Shown here: one piece after another, positions 22,460 to 33,422 of the stretch | Numbering within the stretch: the stretch's first letter is position 1 | Layout of the letters: each line of letters opens with the position of its first letter | Source of the DNA: Haemophilus sp. | GTDB taxonomy: Bacteria > Pseudomonadota > Gammaproteobacteria > Enterobacterales > Pasteurellaceae | Direction of reading: 5' to 3' | DNA length: 44,731 bases | Assembly (NCBI GenBank): GCA_015255025.1 | Contig: JABZOY010000001.1 | Span: 2,220-46,950, forward strand | The notes under the pieces: model-generated | What the model saw: only the letters and a program-made list of their open reading frames with translations | The model's database searches: none | What the model was told of the DNA's origin: nothing | Position numbers and translations under genes: made by a program

Positions 22460-22747
22460 TTATAAGAGATTTTGAATTTCAGATGGAATTAATTTGGGCG
22501 AAGGAATCCAAACTTGTTTATGTCGGTTTAATTCACCTTTTTCAAGAACTATCGAGCTTTTAGGTACTTTGAATGCTTTACTCAAAAATTTCAGCAAGTG
22601 AGTATTTGCTTGACCATCAACAGGTGGTGCGCTAATCGTGATTTTGAGTTCATCATCATGCAATCCCACAATTTGATCTTTACTGGCTTTGGGTTGCAGA
22701 ATGATTTTAAGACGTAGTCCTTCAGGTGTTTGTTCGATTGCTGACAT
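22460..22747 (-). CDS. yggU: DUF167 family protein YggU
   Basis: [20 protein letters not shown]. Confidence 0.93.
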   Translation of the reverse strand: MSAIEQTPEGLRLKIILQPKASKDQIVGLHDDELKITISAPPVDGQANTHLLKFLSKAFKVPKSSIVLEKGELNRHKQVWIPSPKLIPSEIQNLL

Positions 22748-22825
22748 AACTAAATTTACTCACCACATTTACAATAAGGGCTGGAAGATCCAGCCCGAAA
22801 AAATAATGTTATTTTTGACCGCACT

Positions 22826-23371
22826 TTAAGCGGCGATAGCCCATAAAACCTGGAAGTAGTCGTAAAAGAGATTATTCAAAAATAACAGAATAATGGCGAT
22901 AACCATCGGTGAAAAATCAATCGCGCCCACAGTTGGTAAAATACGTTTAATTGGTTTTAATAATGGCTCAGTAAGTTGATATAACGCATAGAATGCAGGG
23001 TTATTGCCACGATTAAACCAACTTAAAATTGCGCCAGCGATTAACACATAGAAAATGGCTATACCGATATTTTTAATCAGCCCTAATATGCCCAATAGTA
23101 GGAAGTAGTTGAGATTTAACCCGCCAAACAGAACCGATTTCAATCCGCAAAGCAAGAAGACTAAAACCAGTGCAGTAGTTTCCACTTTTTTCACCACAGG
23201 AAAAACTTTACGCAATGGGGCAATAACTGGCTGGGTTAATTTCAGCGTAAATTGAGAAATAGGATTGTAATAATCCACGTTCGCTAAGGGGAGCCATACG
23301 CGTAAAATTAACACTAAACAATACAGATCGATAATCGATCCTAAAAATAATGCAGTTTGGGAAATTTCCAT
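22826..23371 (-). CDS. yggT: YggT family membrane protein (likely ATG at 23371, TAATG overlap with the corA stop)
   Basis: NPISQF..LTQP and LTEPLL..IDFSP repeats. Confidence 0.9.
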   Translation of the reverse strand: MEISQTALFLGSIIDLYCLVLILRVWLPLANVDYYNPISQFTLKLTQPVIAPLRKVFPVVKKVETTALVLVFLLCGLKSVLFGGLNLNYFLLLGILGLIKNIGIAIFYVLIAGAILSWFNRGNNPAFYALYQLTEPLLKPIKRILPTVGAIDFSPMVIAIILLFLNNLFYDYFQVLWAIAA

Positions 23372-24318
23372 TATAACCAACCTTTCCGTTTAAAATAGAT
23401 ATAAGGCGTAAGCGCCGCACCAATCATTAATCCAATAGCCATTGGGTAACCATATTTAAAATGGATCTCTGGCATAAATTCAAAGTTCATCCCGTAAGTA
23501 GATGCCACAAGTGTTGCCGGTAGGAACATCACCGACACCACCGAGAAGAATTTCATGATTTTATTCTGCTCGATATTAATATAACCCATTGCCGCCTGCA
23601 TTAAAAAGTTTACTTTTTGGAACAAAGACTCATTATGCGGTTGCAAGGATTCAATATCTCGTAAGATTTCTCGTGCTTGTTCTAACTGGTTTGGCGGCAA
23701 GCGCGTTTTACGCACCAAGAAACCCAATGCACGTTGTGTATCCATCAAACACAAACGCACTTTAGAACTGGTATCTTCTTGTTCTGTTAGGGTATTTAAG
23801 GCTTCATTGAAAGCTTCATCTTGCGTACCGTTTAAAATCACGCGACTTAATTTTTCTAAATCCGCATAAACGTTTTCGATAACATCGGCTAATTGCTCAA
23901 TTTTGGTCTCAAATAAGTCGAGTAAGACTTCATACGCATTGCATTCCAATAAGCGTTGGCTACGGGAACGCATACGATATAAACGGAATGCCGGTAATTC
24001 ACGATCACGCAGGGTGAATAAACGACCATCACGAATAGTAAATGCTACGCTTGCGAGGTCAGCGTAGTTTTCTTCGTCTTCACAATAGAAGAATGAGTGC
24101 AAGTGCAAGCCATCTTCGTCTTCGAAGAAACGTGCGGACGCTTCGATATCTTCCAATTCGAGGAATGAGGCGAGACTTTGTCCTAAGCCTTCTTGCAACA
24201 TTTCACGTTCTTCCCCTGTCGGCTCCAGCAAATCTAACCAAATGGCAGAGCTGAGATCGGCTGGTTCGTCATCAATACGAAGCAAGCGGGAATCGTTAAT
24301 GGCAAAAGCGTTAATCAT
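23371..24318 (-). CDS. corA: Magnesium/cobalt transporter CorA
   Basis: YGMNF and MPE motifs, C-terminal KRKGWL. Confidence 0.98.
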   Translation of the reverse strand: MINAFAINDSRLLRIDDEPADLSSAIWLDLLEPTGEEREMLQEGLGQSLASFLELEDIEASARFFEDEDGLHLHSFFYCEDEENYADLASVAFTIRDGRLFTLRDRELPAFRLYRMRSRSQRLLECNAYEVLLDLFETKIEQLADVIENVYADLEKLSRVILNGTQDEAFNEALNTLTEQEDTSSKVRLCLMDTQRALGFLVRKTRLPPNQLEQAREILRDIESLQPHNESLFQKVNFLMQAAMGYINIEQNKIMKFFSVVSVMFLPATLVASTYGMNFEFMPEIHFKYGYPMAIGLMIGAALTPYIYFKRKGWL

Positions 24319-24502
24319 TGGTCATACTCCTTTTGGGATTATGAAGATCCAACTGTGAACAAAAAAAGATCAAACGAAATTGGCACTAGAGAAAAGTGCG
24401 GTCAAATTTTTGTATGTTTTAAAAATGGGTTTCGTTCGATAAAAGATGCCGAAGAAAGGTAAATTGATTACCAGCGAACTCTCGCTGATAAGAGGCGAGA
24501 GT

Positions 24503-24538
24503 CTAAAGCGATATTCGGTATCGACTATGACTGTCCAA
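24503..24538 (-). CDS. Putative corA leader peptide (11 aa, MDSHSRYRISL; YsgD/CorL-like)
   Basis: Minus strand AAGGA SD, 8 nt, TTG GAC AGT CAT AGT CGA TAC CGA ATA TCG CTT TAG; resembles the recalled E. coli corA uORF start MDTPSRY. Confidence 0.7.
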   Translation of the reverse strand: MDSHSRYRISL

Positions 24539-24571
24539 AGTGTGTGTCCTTCTCGTTAAAAAATCGGGCGA

Positions 24572-24600
24572 ATGTTACGCTTGAAAGGCGCTTTCGTCAA
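24572..24600 (-). promoter_or_regulatory. Sigma70 promoter of the corA leader
   Basis: Minus strand TTGACG, 17 bp, TAACAT. Confidence 0.7.
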
Positions 24601-24630
24601 GTATTATTGAAAAGGACACGGTACTTTTAA

Positions 24631-25230
24631 TTAATTAGTATATTGATTAATTGCGTTAGTAACTTCTTGATCTTGATAAATATTATTAACAATATCTTTG
24701 AAGGTTTCGCCTAACACTTTTTGAATTTCATCATTGCTCGCATTAAATGCACCAGACTGTGAACGGGTTGCATTAAAGGTTTTGTTGTATTGTCCGCGTG
24801 GACCTTGTACATAAACCACCGCTTGAATTTTGCTGTTCAAGGTATAACGTAAATTACCTTGATCTACGTGAGTGTTGAATTCTTTCACTTCAACGGTTAC
24901 ACCCGCATTCGCATTATTAGCTTGTCCGATACGGAAACCTTTGCTGACTAAATTTTGTTGCATTACTTGTTGGAAAAGTTGAGTAACGCTTGGTGAGGCG
25001 TTTAATTTAATTAGTTCGCCTGATTTAGTATAAGTTGCAATTTCTTGTTGTGGACGAGAATCGCGAGTATTAACTGTTACCACTGCTGATTGGTTAATAT
25101 TCATTGATGCAGTTGGCGATTGAGGGGTAAAAGTTAAGGTATTAGATTGCGCTTGGCAACCTGCTAAAAATAATGTCGCAGCCGCCAATGTCATTGTTGA
25201 TAATACTTTGATTTTGTTTGTTACTTTCAT
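24631..25230 (-). CDS. yajG: YajG family lipoprotein
   Basis: Lipobox LAGC; divergent from bolA as in enterobacteria; VDQGNLRY motif. Confidence 0.85.
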   Translation of the reverse strand: MKVTNKIKVLSTMTLAAATLFLAGCQAQSNTLTFTPQSPTASMNINQSAVVTVNTRDSRPQQEIATYTKSGELIKLNASPSVTQLFQQVMQQNLVSKGFRIGQANNANAGVTVEVKEFNTHVDQGNLRYTLNSKIQAVVYVQGPRGQYNKTFNATRSQSGAFNASNDEIQKVLGETFKDIVNNIYQDQEVTNAINQYTN

Positions 25231-25314
25231 AATTTCCTCATTGAATTAGGTTAATTTGTGTTATTCTTACAAACTTAACGCTGAATGTATAGCAAAAAGT
25301 TAGGGAGTTTATTT

Positions 25315-25626
25315 ATGTCAAAACAGCAAGAATTATTAGAGAGAATTCAAGCCGAATTTCAACCGCACTTTGCCACCGTAGAAAATGAAAGTCATATGCA
25401 CAGTTCCGGTCGAGGGGCTGATTCTCATTTTAAATTAGTGATTGTCAGCGATGCTTTTGAAGGCATGCGCAAGGTGCAGCGTCACCAAAAACTTTACCAA
25501 CTTTTTGCCGATGATTTAAAAAATGGCATTCACGCATTAGCGCTTCATCTTTATACAAAAAGCGAATGGGAGAGCCTAGGTGAAGCATTTCCAAAATCAC
25601 CAAATTGTCTTGGTGTTGGACAGTAA
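25315..25626 (+). CDS. bolA: BolA family protein (likely start 25315 after GGGAG)
   Basis: ENESHMH, SHFK, IHALALH, SPNCLG. Confidence 0.93.
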   Translation: MSKQQELLERIQAEFQPHFATVENESHMHSSGRGADSHFKLVIVSDAFEGMRKVQRHQKLYQLFADDLKNGIHALALHLYTKSEWESLGEAFPKSPNCLGVGQ

Positions 25627-25663
25627 GTATTTCCTTACGTTCCCTGTATTCCATTTCAATAAT

Positions 25664-25695
25664 AAGAGAGAAGGCAAGAGGCTTTCTCTCTTTTT
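25664..25695 (+). terminator. Terminator after bolA
   Basis: aagagagaaggc-aagag-gctttctctctt plus T run. Confidence 0.7.
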
Positions 25696-26025
25696 ATTTT
25701 AACGTGAATTTATTTTTAACTCCTAATGAGTGTTACTCTAAAAACTTCACAAATATTTCACAAAAAGTATCGGCTAAAAGTAGAAAAAAAGCCCATTTTC
25801 CGCTAGAATGAAGCGCTTTTAATTTTCGAATTTCAATTTCTGGATGTGTAAGTAATCCCTTACTCGTCGAGGAATTAAACAGATTTGAGTTTTTAAATTT
25901 ATGTGTCAGTTAATAACGCTTTGATCTTAAAAGTGTTTTCTGTCACGCTCAATCGCGAGATTGCTTTTAGAGTGTATGCTTTAATCGCAATCGTGTTTTT
26001 AACCTAGAAAAGTAGTGCAAACAGT

Positions 26026-27369
26026 ATGATTACAATCAAAAAAGGCTTGGATCTTCCTATTGCAGGAAAACCAGCACAAGTAATCCATAGCGGTAACGCT
26101 GTGAATCAGGTTGCGATTCTTGGTGAAGAGTATGTGGGTATGCGTCCTTCTATGAAGGTACGTGAAGGCGATGTTGTGAAAAAAGGCCAAGTGCTTTTTG
26201 AAGACAAGAAAAACCCTGGAGTGGTTTTCACAGCCCCTGCGAGCGGTACTATCACTGTAATTAATCGTGGCGAAAAACGTGTATTACAATCTGTGGTCAT
26301 TGATGTGCAAGGTAACGATCAAGTTACTTTCGCTAAATATAACGCAGGTGAGCTCAATACGCTTTCTTCTGAACAAGTTAAACAAAACCTCGTTGAATCC
26401 GGTTTGTGGACAGCGTTCCGCACCCGTCCGTTCAGCAAAGTGCCTGCCTTAGATGCAGAACCTTCTTCTCTGTTTGTAAATGCGATGGATACCAATCCTT
26501 TGGCAGCAAATCCAGAGGTGGTATTAAAAGAGCATTGGCAAGATTTTATTGACGGTTTAACCGTGTTAAGTCGTCTATTCCCAAATAAACCATTAAATCT
26601 ATGTAAAGCTGGCGATAGCAATATCCCAACCGTGGATTTAGCTAACCTAAAAGTACATGATTTTGGTGGTGTTCATCCTGCTGGCTTAGTGGGTACACAT
26701 ATCCACTTTATCGATCCGGTTGGTGCTCATAAAACCGTATGGCACATCAATTACCAAGATGTGATTGCTGTAGGTAAATTATTCACTACAGGCGAACTTT
26801 ATGTTGAGCGCGTTGTTTCTCTTGCTGGTCCGCAAGTGAAAGAACCTCGTTTAGTTCGTACCGTAATCGGTGCTAACCTTTCTCAATTAACGGCAGGTGA
26901 GTTAAAAGACGGTAATAACCGTGTGATTTCTGGTTCTGTGCTTTGTGGTCAAACTGCAAAAGATGCTCATGACTATTTAGGTCGTTATGCATTACAAGTG
27001 TCTGTGATTGCAGAAGGTAATGAGAAAGAGTTCTTAGGTTGGATCACACCACAATCGAACAAATATTCGATTACCCGTACCGTATTGGGTCACTTTGGTA
27101 AAAAATTATTCAACTTCACTACCGCAGAAAATGGTGGTGAGCGTGCAATGGTACCAATCGGTAGCTATGAGCGCGTGATGCCGTTGGATATTTTACCGAC
27201 ATTATTATTACGTGATTTAATCGTGGGCGATACCGATGGTTCACAAGCGTTAGGTTGTCTTGAATTAGATGAAGAAGACTTAGCATTATGTTCTTTCGTT
27301 TGCCCGGGCAAATATGAATACGGTTCAATCTTGCGTCAAGTATTGGATAAGATTGAGAAGGAAGGTTAA
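26026..27369 (+). CDS. nqrA: Na(+)-translocating NADH-quinone reductase subunit A
   Basis: [14 protein letters not shown] start, [12 protein letters not shown] end. Confidence 0.97.
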   Translation: MITIKKGLDLPIAGKPAQVIHSGNAVNQVAILGEEYVGMRPSMKVREGDVVKKGQVLFEDKKNPGVVFTAPASGTITVINRGEKRVLQSVVIDVQGNDQVTFAKYNAGELNTLSSEQVKQNLVESGLWTAFRTRPFSKVPALDAEPSSLFVNAMDTNPLAANPEVVLKEHWQDFIDGLTVLSRLFPNKPLNLCKAGDSNIPTVDLANLKVHDFGGVHPAGLVGTHIHFIDPVGAHKTVWHINYQDVIAVGKLFTTGELYVERVVSLAGPQVKEPRLVRTVIGANLSQLTAGELKDGNNRVISGSVLCGQTAKDAHDYLGRYALQVSVIAEGNEKEFLGWITPQSNKYSITRTVLGHFGKKLFNFTTAENGGERAMVPIGSYERVMPLDILPTLLLRDLIVGDTDGSQALGCLELDEEDLALCSFVCPGKYEYGSILRQVLDKIEKEG

Positions 27370-27371
27370 AA

Positions 27372-28607
27372 ATGGGTTTAAAAAATCTTTTTGAAAAAAT
27401 GGAACCCGCGTTTTTACCAGGCGGTAAATACAGCAAGCTTTATCCGATCTTTGAATCGATTTATACCTTGCTTTATACACCAGGTACGGTAACGCACAAA
27501 AACACACACGTTCGTGATGCGTTAGACTCAAAACGTATGATGATTACGGTTTTCCTTGCGTTGTTCCCAGCGATTTTCTATGGGATGTACAATGTGGGTA
27601 ACCAAGCGATCCCTGCCTTAAATCAATTAGGCAATTTAGATCAATTAATTGCTAACGATTGGCACTATGCGCTTGCAAGTTCATTAGGTTTAGATTTAAC
27701 CAATAATGCAACTTGGGGCTCAAAAATGGCGTTAGGGGCGATCTTCTTCTTACCAATTTACTTAGTGGTATTTACCGTTTGTACAATTTGGGAATTATTA
27801 TTCTCAGTGGTACGTGGTCATGAAGTAAATGAAGGGATGTTCGTTTCAACCATTTTATTTGCGTTAATCGTTCCACCAACATTGCCATTATGGCAAGCTG
27901 CACTAGGTATCACCTTTGGTATCGTGGTAGCGAAAGAAATCTTCGGTGGTGTAGGTCGTAACTTTATGAACCCTGCACTTGCTGGTCGTGCATTCTTATT
28001 CTTCGCTTATCCGGCTCAAATTTCCGGTGACTTAGTATGGACTGCTGCAGATGGTTTCTCTGGTGCAACCGCACTTTCACAATGGTCTCAAGGTGGTCAA
28101 GCTGCATTACAACACACTGTAACCGGTCAACCTATTACTTGGATGGATGCATTCATTGGTAATATCCCAGGTTCAATGGGTGAGGTTTCAACGCTTGCGT
28201 TATTAATCGGTGGTGCAGTGATTGTATTCACTCGAATTGCTTCTTGGCGCATTATGGCTGGTGTCATGATCGGTATGATTGGTACTGCAACCTTATTCAA
28301 CTTAATCGGTTCTGATTCTAACCAAATGTTCTCAATGCCTTGGCATTGGCACTTTGTATTAGGTGGTTTTGCACTTGGTATGATCTTCATGGCTACAGAC
28401 CCTGTATCCGCTTCATTTACCAACACGGGTAAATGGTGGTACGGTGCGTTAATTGGCGTGATGGCGGTATTAATTCGTACAGTGAACCCAGCTTATCCAG
28501 AAGGGATGATGTTAGCGATTTTATTTGCAAACTTATTTGCACCAATTTTCGACTACATCGTGGTTCAAGCAAATATCAAACGTCGGAGAGCAAGAACAAA
28601 TGGCTAA
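27372..28607 (+). CDS. nqrB: Na(+)-NQR subunit B
   Basis: DGFSGAT FMN-attachment motif, polytopic membrane protein. Confidence 0.97.
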   Translation: MGLKNLFEKMEPAFLPGGKYSKLYPIFESIYTLLYTPGTVTHKNTHVRDALDSKRMMITVFLALFPAIFYGMYNVGNQAIPALNQLGNLDQLIANDWHYALASSLGLDLTNNATWGSKMALGAIFFLPIYLVVFTVCTIWELLFSVVRGHEVNEGMFVSTILFALIVPPTLPLWQAALGITFGIVVAKEIFGGVGRNFMNPALAGRAFLFFAYPAQISGDLVWTAADGFSGATALSQWSQGGQAALQHTVTGQPITWMDAFIGNIPGSMGEVSTLALLIGGAVIVFTRIASWRIMAGVMIGMIGTATLFNLIGSDSNQMFSMPWHWHFVLGGFALGMIFMATDPVSASFTNTGKWWYGALIGVMAVLIRTVNPAYPEGMMLAILFANLFAPIFDYIVVQANIKRRRARTNG

Positions 28608-29391
28608 ATTTAATAAAGATAGCGTTAGCGGTACAGTTACCGTTGTTGTGTTGCTAAGTTTAGTGTGTTCTATCGTGGTTTCTGGTGCTGCAGTAGCATT
28701 AAAATCCAAACAAGATGAACAAAAAGCACTCGACGTTCAACGTAACATTTTAACTGTTGCTGGCTTAATGAAAGAAGATAATGCATCAGTAATTAAAGAC
28801 ACTTACAGCAAATTTATTGAACCACGTTTAGTGGATTTGCAAAGTGGTGATTACGTTCAAGCTTCAGCAGAAGAAATTAATAAATTTGAACCTAAAGATG
28901 CCGTTAAAGATCCAGCTAAAAGCCAAGCTATCCCAGCTGAGGCTGATAAAGCAGGAATTAAGGTTCGTGCAAACCAAGCGCGTGTTTATCTTGTAAAAGA
29001 TGAACAAGGCAATGTAACCCAAGTGGTATTACCAATGTATGGCCGTGGTTTATGGTCAACCATGTATGGTTTTGTTTCTGTTGCACCAGATGCAAATACC
29101 ATCAAAGGTATTACTTACTATGATCAAGGTGAAACAGCTGGTCTTGGGGGCGAAATTGCGAACCCACGTTGGCAAGCACAGTTCGTTGATAAAAAATTAT
29201 TCGATGAACAAGGTAACCAAAAATTCAAAATCTATAAAGGTAGCTCTGCTGCAGATAAAGAGCACGGTGTAGATGGTTTATCAGGTGCAACTTTAACCAG
29301 TAATGGTGTTCAAGGTTCATTTGATTATTGGTTCAGCCAAAATGGCTTTGGTCCATTCTTAGCGAAATTTAAAGCAGGAGAAATCAAATAA
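28600..29391 (+). CDS. nqrC: Na(+)-NQR subunit C (likely start 28600, MAKFNKDS)
   Basis: [14 protein letters not shown] motif, [10 protein letters not shown]. Confidence 0.95.
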   Translation: MAKFNKDSVSGTVTVVVLLSLVCSIVVSGAAVALKSKQDEQKALDVQRNILTVAGLMKEDNASVIKDTYSKFIEPRLVDLQSGDYVQASAEEINKFEPKDAVKDPAKSQAIPAEADKAGIKVRANQARVYLVKDEQGNVTQVVLPMYGRGLWSTMYGFVSVAPDANTIKGITYYDQGETAGLGGEIANPRWQAQFVDKKLFDEQGNQKFKIYKGSSAADKEHGVDGLSGATLTSNGVQGSFDYWFSQNGFGPFLAKFKAGEIK

Positions 29392-30020
29392 TGGCTGATG
29401 CAAAAGTAAATTTAAAAGGTCTTTTATTCGATCCTATTGTTAAAAATAACCCGATTGCCTTGCAAATTTTGGGTATCTGTTCTGCATTAGCGGTAACAAC
29501 CCAATTACAAACAGCGATCGTTATGGCGATTGCGGTAAGTTTGGTAACCGGTTTTTCCAGTTTGTTCATTTCATTGATTCGTAACTATATTCCAAATAGT
29601 ATCCGTATCATTGTGCAACTGGCGATTATCGCGTCTTTAGTAATCTTGGTTGACCAAGTATTAAAAGCTTATGCTTATGGTTTATCTAAACAGCTTTCTG
29701 TATTCGTTGGTCTTATCATTACAAACTGTATCGTAATGGGACGCGCAGAAGCGTTTGCGATGAAATCACCTCCGCTAGAAAGCTTTGTTGATGGTATCGG
29801 TAACGGTTTAGGTTATGGTGCGATCTTATTAATTGTTGCAACATTACGTGAACTAATTGGTTCTGGTCGTTTATTTGGTTTCCCTGTATTCCAAACAATT
29901 CAAGACGGTGGTTGGTATCAACCAAACGGTTTATTCCTTCTTGCACCAAGTGCGTTCTTTATTATCGGCTTCGTTATTTGGGGCTTAAGAACGTGGAAAC
30001 CTGAGCAACAGGAGAAATAA
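29391..30020 (+). CDS. nqrD: Na(+)-NQR subunit D
   Basis: [21 protein letters not shown]. Confidence 0.97.
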   Translation: MADAKVNLKGLLFDPIVKNNPIALQILGICSALAVTTQLQTAIVMAIAVSLVTGFSSLFISLIRNYIPNSIRIIVQLAIIASLVILVDQVLKAYAYGLSKQLSVFVGLIITNCIVMGRAEAFAMKSPPLESFVDGIGNGLGYGAILLIVATLRELIGSGRLFGFPVFQTIQDGGWYQPNGLFLLAPSAFFIIGFVIWGLRTWKPEQQEK

Positions 30021-30023
30021 TCA

Positions 30024-30620
30024 ATGGAACATTATATTAGCCTATTCGTGAAGGCGATCTTCATTGAAAACATGGCGCTCTCTTTCTTCTTAGGGATGTG
30101 TACTTTCCTTGCGGTTTCTAAGAAAGTTTCTACGGCATTTGGCCTTGGTGTTGCGGTAACAGTAGTACTTGGTATTGCGGTACCAGCGAACCAATTTGTG
30201 TATGAACATGTATTAAAAGATGGCGCTTTGGTAGAAGGTGTAAGCCTTGAGTTTTTAAACTTCATTACCTTTATCGGGATTATTGCGGGTCTTGTTCAAT
30301 TACTTGAAATGACTTTAGATAAATTCTTCCCAGCACTTTATAACGCATTAGGTATCTTCCTTCCACTTATCGCCGTAAACTGTGCGATCTTTGGTGGTGT
30401 ATCTTTTGCGGTACAACGTGAATACACTTTTGCAGAATCTGCAGTTTATGGTGTAGGTGCGGGGCTTGGTTGGATGTTAGCAATCGTTGCGCTTGCAGGC
30501 TTAACCGAAAAAATGAAATATGCCGATGTACCGGCAGGCTTAAAAGGATTAGGGATTACCTTTATCACTGCAGGCTTGATGGCGCTTGGCTTTATGTCAT
30601 TCTCTGGTATTCAGTTATAA
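30024..30620 (+). CDS. nqrE: Na(+)-NQR subunit E
   Basis: [19 protein letters not shown]. Confidence 0.97.
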   Translation: MEHYISLFVKAIFIENMALSFFLGMCTFLAVSKKVSTAFGLGVAVTVVLGIAVPANQFVYEHVLKDGALVEGVSLEFLNFITFIGIIAGLVQLLEMTLDKFFPALYNALGIFLPLIAVNCAIFGGVSFAVQREYTFAESAVYGVGAGLGWMLAIVALAGLTEKMKYADVPAGLKGLGITFITAGLMALGFMSFSGIQL

Positions 30621-30630
30621 GGAGGCATAA

Positions 30631-31866
30631 ATGAGCGAATCTTCAATTTTATTATTAGGTGTTGCGGCATTTACGGTTATCCTTTTAGTGCTCGTTGCGA
30701 TTATTTTATTCGCTAAATCAAAATTAGTGGATTCTGGTGATATTACCATTTCTATTAATGATGATCCTGAAAAAGCGATCACTTTACCAGCTGGTGGCAA
30801 ATTACTTGGCGCGTTAGCAAGTAAAGGTATTTTCGTTTCTTCTGCTTGTGGTGGCGGTGGCTCTTGTGGTCAATGTATTGTGAAAGTGAAAAGTGGCGGT
30901 GGTGAAATTCTCCCAACTGAACTTTCTCATATTAATAAACGTGAAGCAAAAGAAGGCTATCGTTTAGCTTGCCAAGTGAATGTAAAAGGCAATATGGACG
31001 TTGAACTTCCAGAAGAAATCTTCGGTGTGAAAAAATGGGAATGTACCGTTATTTCTAACGATAACAAAGCAACCTTTATTAAAGAGCTTAAATTAGCGAT
31101 TCCTGAAGGTGAAGAAGTTCCTTTCCGTGCGGGTGGTTATATCCAAATCGAAGCTGATCCACATACGGTTTACTATAAAGATTTTGATATTCCAGAAGAA
31201 TACCACGAAGATTGGGACAAATACGATTTATGGCGTTATGTGTCTAAAGTGGATGAGCATATTATCCGTGCTTACTCAATGGCTTCATATCCAGAAGAGA
31301 AAGGCATCATTATGCTTAACGTGCGTATTGCAACGCCTCCACCACGTCAACCTGATGCGCCTCCAGGTCAAATGTCTTCTTACATTTGGTCATTAAAACC
31401 AGGTGATAAAGTGACAATTTCTGGTCCATTCGGTGAATTCTTCGCGAAAGAAACCGATAATGAGATGGTATTCATCGGTGGTGGGGCAGGTATGGCACCA
31501 ATGCGTTCTCATATTTTTGACCAATTAAAACGTTTACACTCTAAACGTAAAATGTCATTCTGGTATGGTGCACGCTCTAAACGTGAAATGTTCTATGTAG
31601 AAGATTTTGATCAGCTTCAAGCCGAAAATCCGAACTTTACATGGCACGTGGCGTTATCTGATCCGTTACCAGAAGATAACTGGACAGGTTACACTGGCTT
31701 TATTCACAACGTACTTTATGAAAACTACTTGAAAAATCATGAAGCACCAGAAGATTGTGAATACTACATGTGTGGACCTCCGGTGATGAACGCTGCGGTA
31801 ATCAAAATGTTGAAAGACCTCGGTGTTGAAGATGAAAACATCTTATTAGATGACTTCGGTGGTTGA
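30631..31866 (+). CDS. nqrF: Na(+)-NQR subunit F
   Basis: 2Fe-2[20 protein letters not shown] motif, LDDFGG end. Confidence 0.98.
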   Translation: MSESSILLLGVAAFTVILLVLVAIILFAKSKLVDSGDITISINDDPEKAITLPAGGKLLGALASKGIFVSSACGGGGSCGQCIVKVKSGGGEILPTELSHINKREAKEGYRLACQVNVKGNMDVELPEEIFGVKKWECTVISNDNKATFIKELKLAIPEGEEVPFRAGGYIQIEADPHTVYYKDFDIPEEYHEDWDKYDLWRYVSKVDEHIIRAYSMASYPEEKGIIMLNVRIATPPPRQPDAPPGQMSSYIWSLKPGDKVTISGPFGEFFAKETDNEMVFIGGGAGMAPMRSHIFDQLKRLHSKRKMSFWYGARSKREMFYVEDFDQLQAENPNFTWHVALSDPLPEDNWTGYTGFIHNVLYENYLKNHEAPEDCEYYMCGPPVMNAAVIKMLKDLGVEDENILLDDFGG

Positions 31867-31894
31867 TTTTAGTTAATCAAAACATCATGAAAAC

Positions 31895-31923
31895 TGACCG
31901 CACTTTGTGATGAAGTGCGGTCA
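31895..31923. repeat. Inverted USS pair hairpin, identical to 44288-44316
   Basis: tgaccgcactt-tgtgatg-aagtgcggtca. Confidence 0.9.
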
Positions 31924-31998
31924 ATATTTAGGATGGATTACAGGCAAGCTGATAGACGCGTCGGTTTGCCTGTAATTCATATATTTAGGAAGGAATAG

Positions 31999-33039
31999 AT
32001 GAAAAAAATATTAAGCGGATTGATTGCAATTGCCTTGGCGTGTTCATTAAGTGCTTGTAAAAAAGATCCGGAAATTATTTCACTTAGCGGCAAAACCATG
32101 GGAACCACTTACCATATCCGCTATATTGATGACGGTTCAGTTAAAGAAAATGCTGAAAAAACACATGAGCAGATTGAGGTGGCTTTAAAAGATGTGAATC
32201 AGAAAATGTCCACTTACATTAAAGATTCCGAATTAAGTCGCTTTAATCAAAATACACAAGTGAATACGCCAATTGAAATCTCTGCGGACTTTGCCAAAGT
32301 ATTACAAGAAGCGATTCGTTTAAATCAGGTTACTGAGGGTTCATTGGATGTGACAGTAGGGCCTGTAGTAAATTTATGGGGCTTTGGGCCAGAAAAACGC
32401 CCAGAACGTAAGCCAACCCCAGAGCAACTTGCTGAACGTCAAAGTTGGGTGGGAATTGATAAAATTCACCTTGATATGAGCGGTAAAACCCCAACTTTAA
32501 GTAAAGCCGTGCCACAGGTTTATATTGATTTATCATCTATTGCTAAAGGTTTTGGGGTGGATCAAGTTGCGGATGTCTTAGAGCAAAATCACGTACAAAA
32601 CTATATGGTGGAAATTGGCGGAGAAATCCGTGCAAAAGGTAAAAATGCCGAAAATAAAGCGTGGCAAATCGCTATTGAAAAACCGAATAATACGGGTGAA
32701 AGAGCAGTTCAAGAAGTGATTGGTTTAAATAATATGGCGATGGCCACTTCAGGCGATTACCGTATTTATTTCGAGGAAAATGGCCAACGTTTTGCACATG
32801 AAATTGACCCGAAAACCGGCTATCCAATTCAGCATCATTTAGCCTCAATTACCGTGCTTGCACCAAGCTCAATGACTGCCGATGGCTTATCTACAGGTTT
32901 ATTTGTACTTGGTGAGGATAAAGCCTTGGAAGTGGCTGAGAAAGAAAATATTCCGGTTTATTTAATTATGAAAACGGAACAAGGCTTTGAAACGAAAATG
33001 TCCTCAGCCTTCCAAAAATTACTCGCAAATAAGGAATAA
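31999..33039 (+). CDS. apbE: FAD:protein FMN transferase lipoprotein
   Basis: Lipobox LSAC, DLSSIAKG, ATSGDYR, ADGLST; follows nqrF. Confidence 0.96.
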   Translation: MKKILSGLIAIALACSLSACKKDPEIISLSGKTMGTTYHIRYIDDGSVKENAEKTHEQIEVALKDVNQKMSTYIKDSELSRFNQNTQVNTPIEISADFAKVLQEAIRLNQVTEGSLDVTVGPVVNLWGFGPEKRPERKPTPEQLAERQSWVGIDKIHLDMSGKTPTLSKAVPQVYIDLSSIAKGFGVDQVADVLEQNHVQNYMVEIGGEIRAKGKNAENKAWQIAIEKPNNTGERAVQEVIGLNNMAMATSGDYRIYFEENGQRFAHEIDPKTGYPIQHHLASITVLAPSSMTADGLSTGLFVLGEDKALEVAEKENIPVYLIMKTEQGFETKMSSAFQKLLANKE

Positions 33040-33041
33040 TC

Positions 33042-33302
33042 ATGCAAACTTTATTTTTTACCCTAATCGCTTTTGTGGCCATTATTGTATTAATGTCTGT
33101 GGGCTTTATCTTTAAAAAACAAAGTTTAAAGGGCAGCTGTGGCGGACTTTCATCACTCGGTATTGCCAAAGCCTGTGACTGCGATAAACCTTGCGACACT
33201 TTACAAGAAAAATTAGATGCAGGCGATGAAAATGCCAAAGCTGAATACGAACAAAAATTTGCGAAGAAAAACGATGATTCGCAATTTTATGAAGTGAAAT
33301 AA
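33042..33302 (+). CDS. nqrM: Na(+)-NQR maturation protein NqrM (DUF539)
   Basis: N-terminal TM helix, KGSCGGL...CDCDKPC four-Cys motif. Confidence 0.92.
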   Translation: MQTLFFTLIAFVAIIVLMSVGFIFKKQSLKGSCGGLSSLGIAKACDCDKPCDTLQEKLDAGDENAKAEYEQKFAKKNDDSQFYEVK

Positions 33303-33422
33303 TTCACTCAAAATCAACCGCACTTTGTGCAATAACCTTAATTTATGGGGCGGAAGTCATTCCGCTATGTTTCAATCATTATCACCAATGTGCTTCGCCT
33401 TAACCGAAGTTACGGGAGACTT

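Noticed and set aside
33345..33422. N-terminal extension of MnmA in the ORF track (likewise for nqrC, bolA, hemB, yggT)
   Set aside because: Downstream ATGs have SD or coupling signals and match the expected N-termini; the extensions are longest-ORF artefacts
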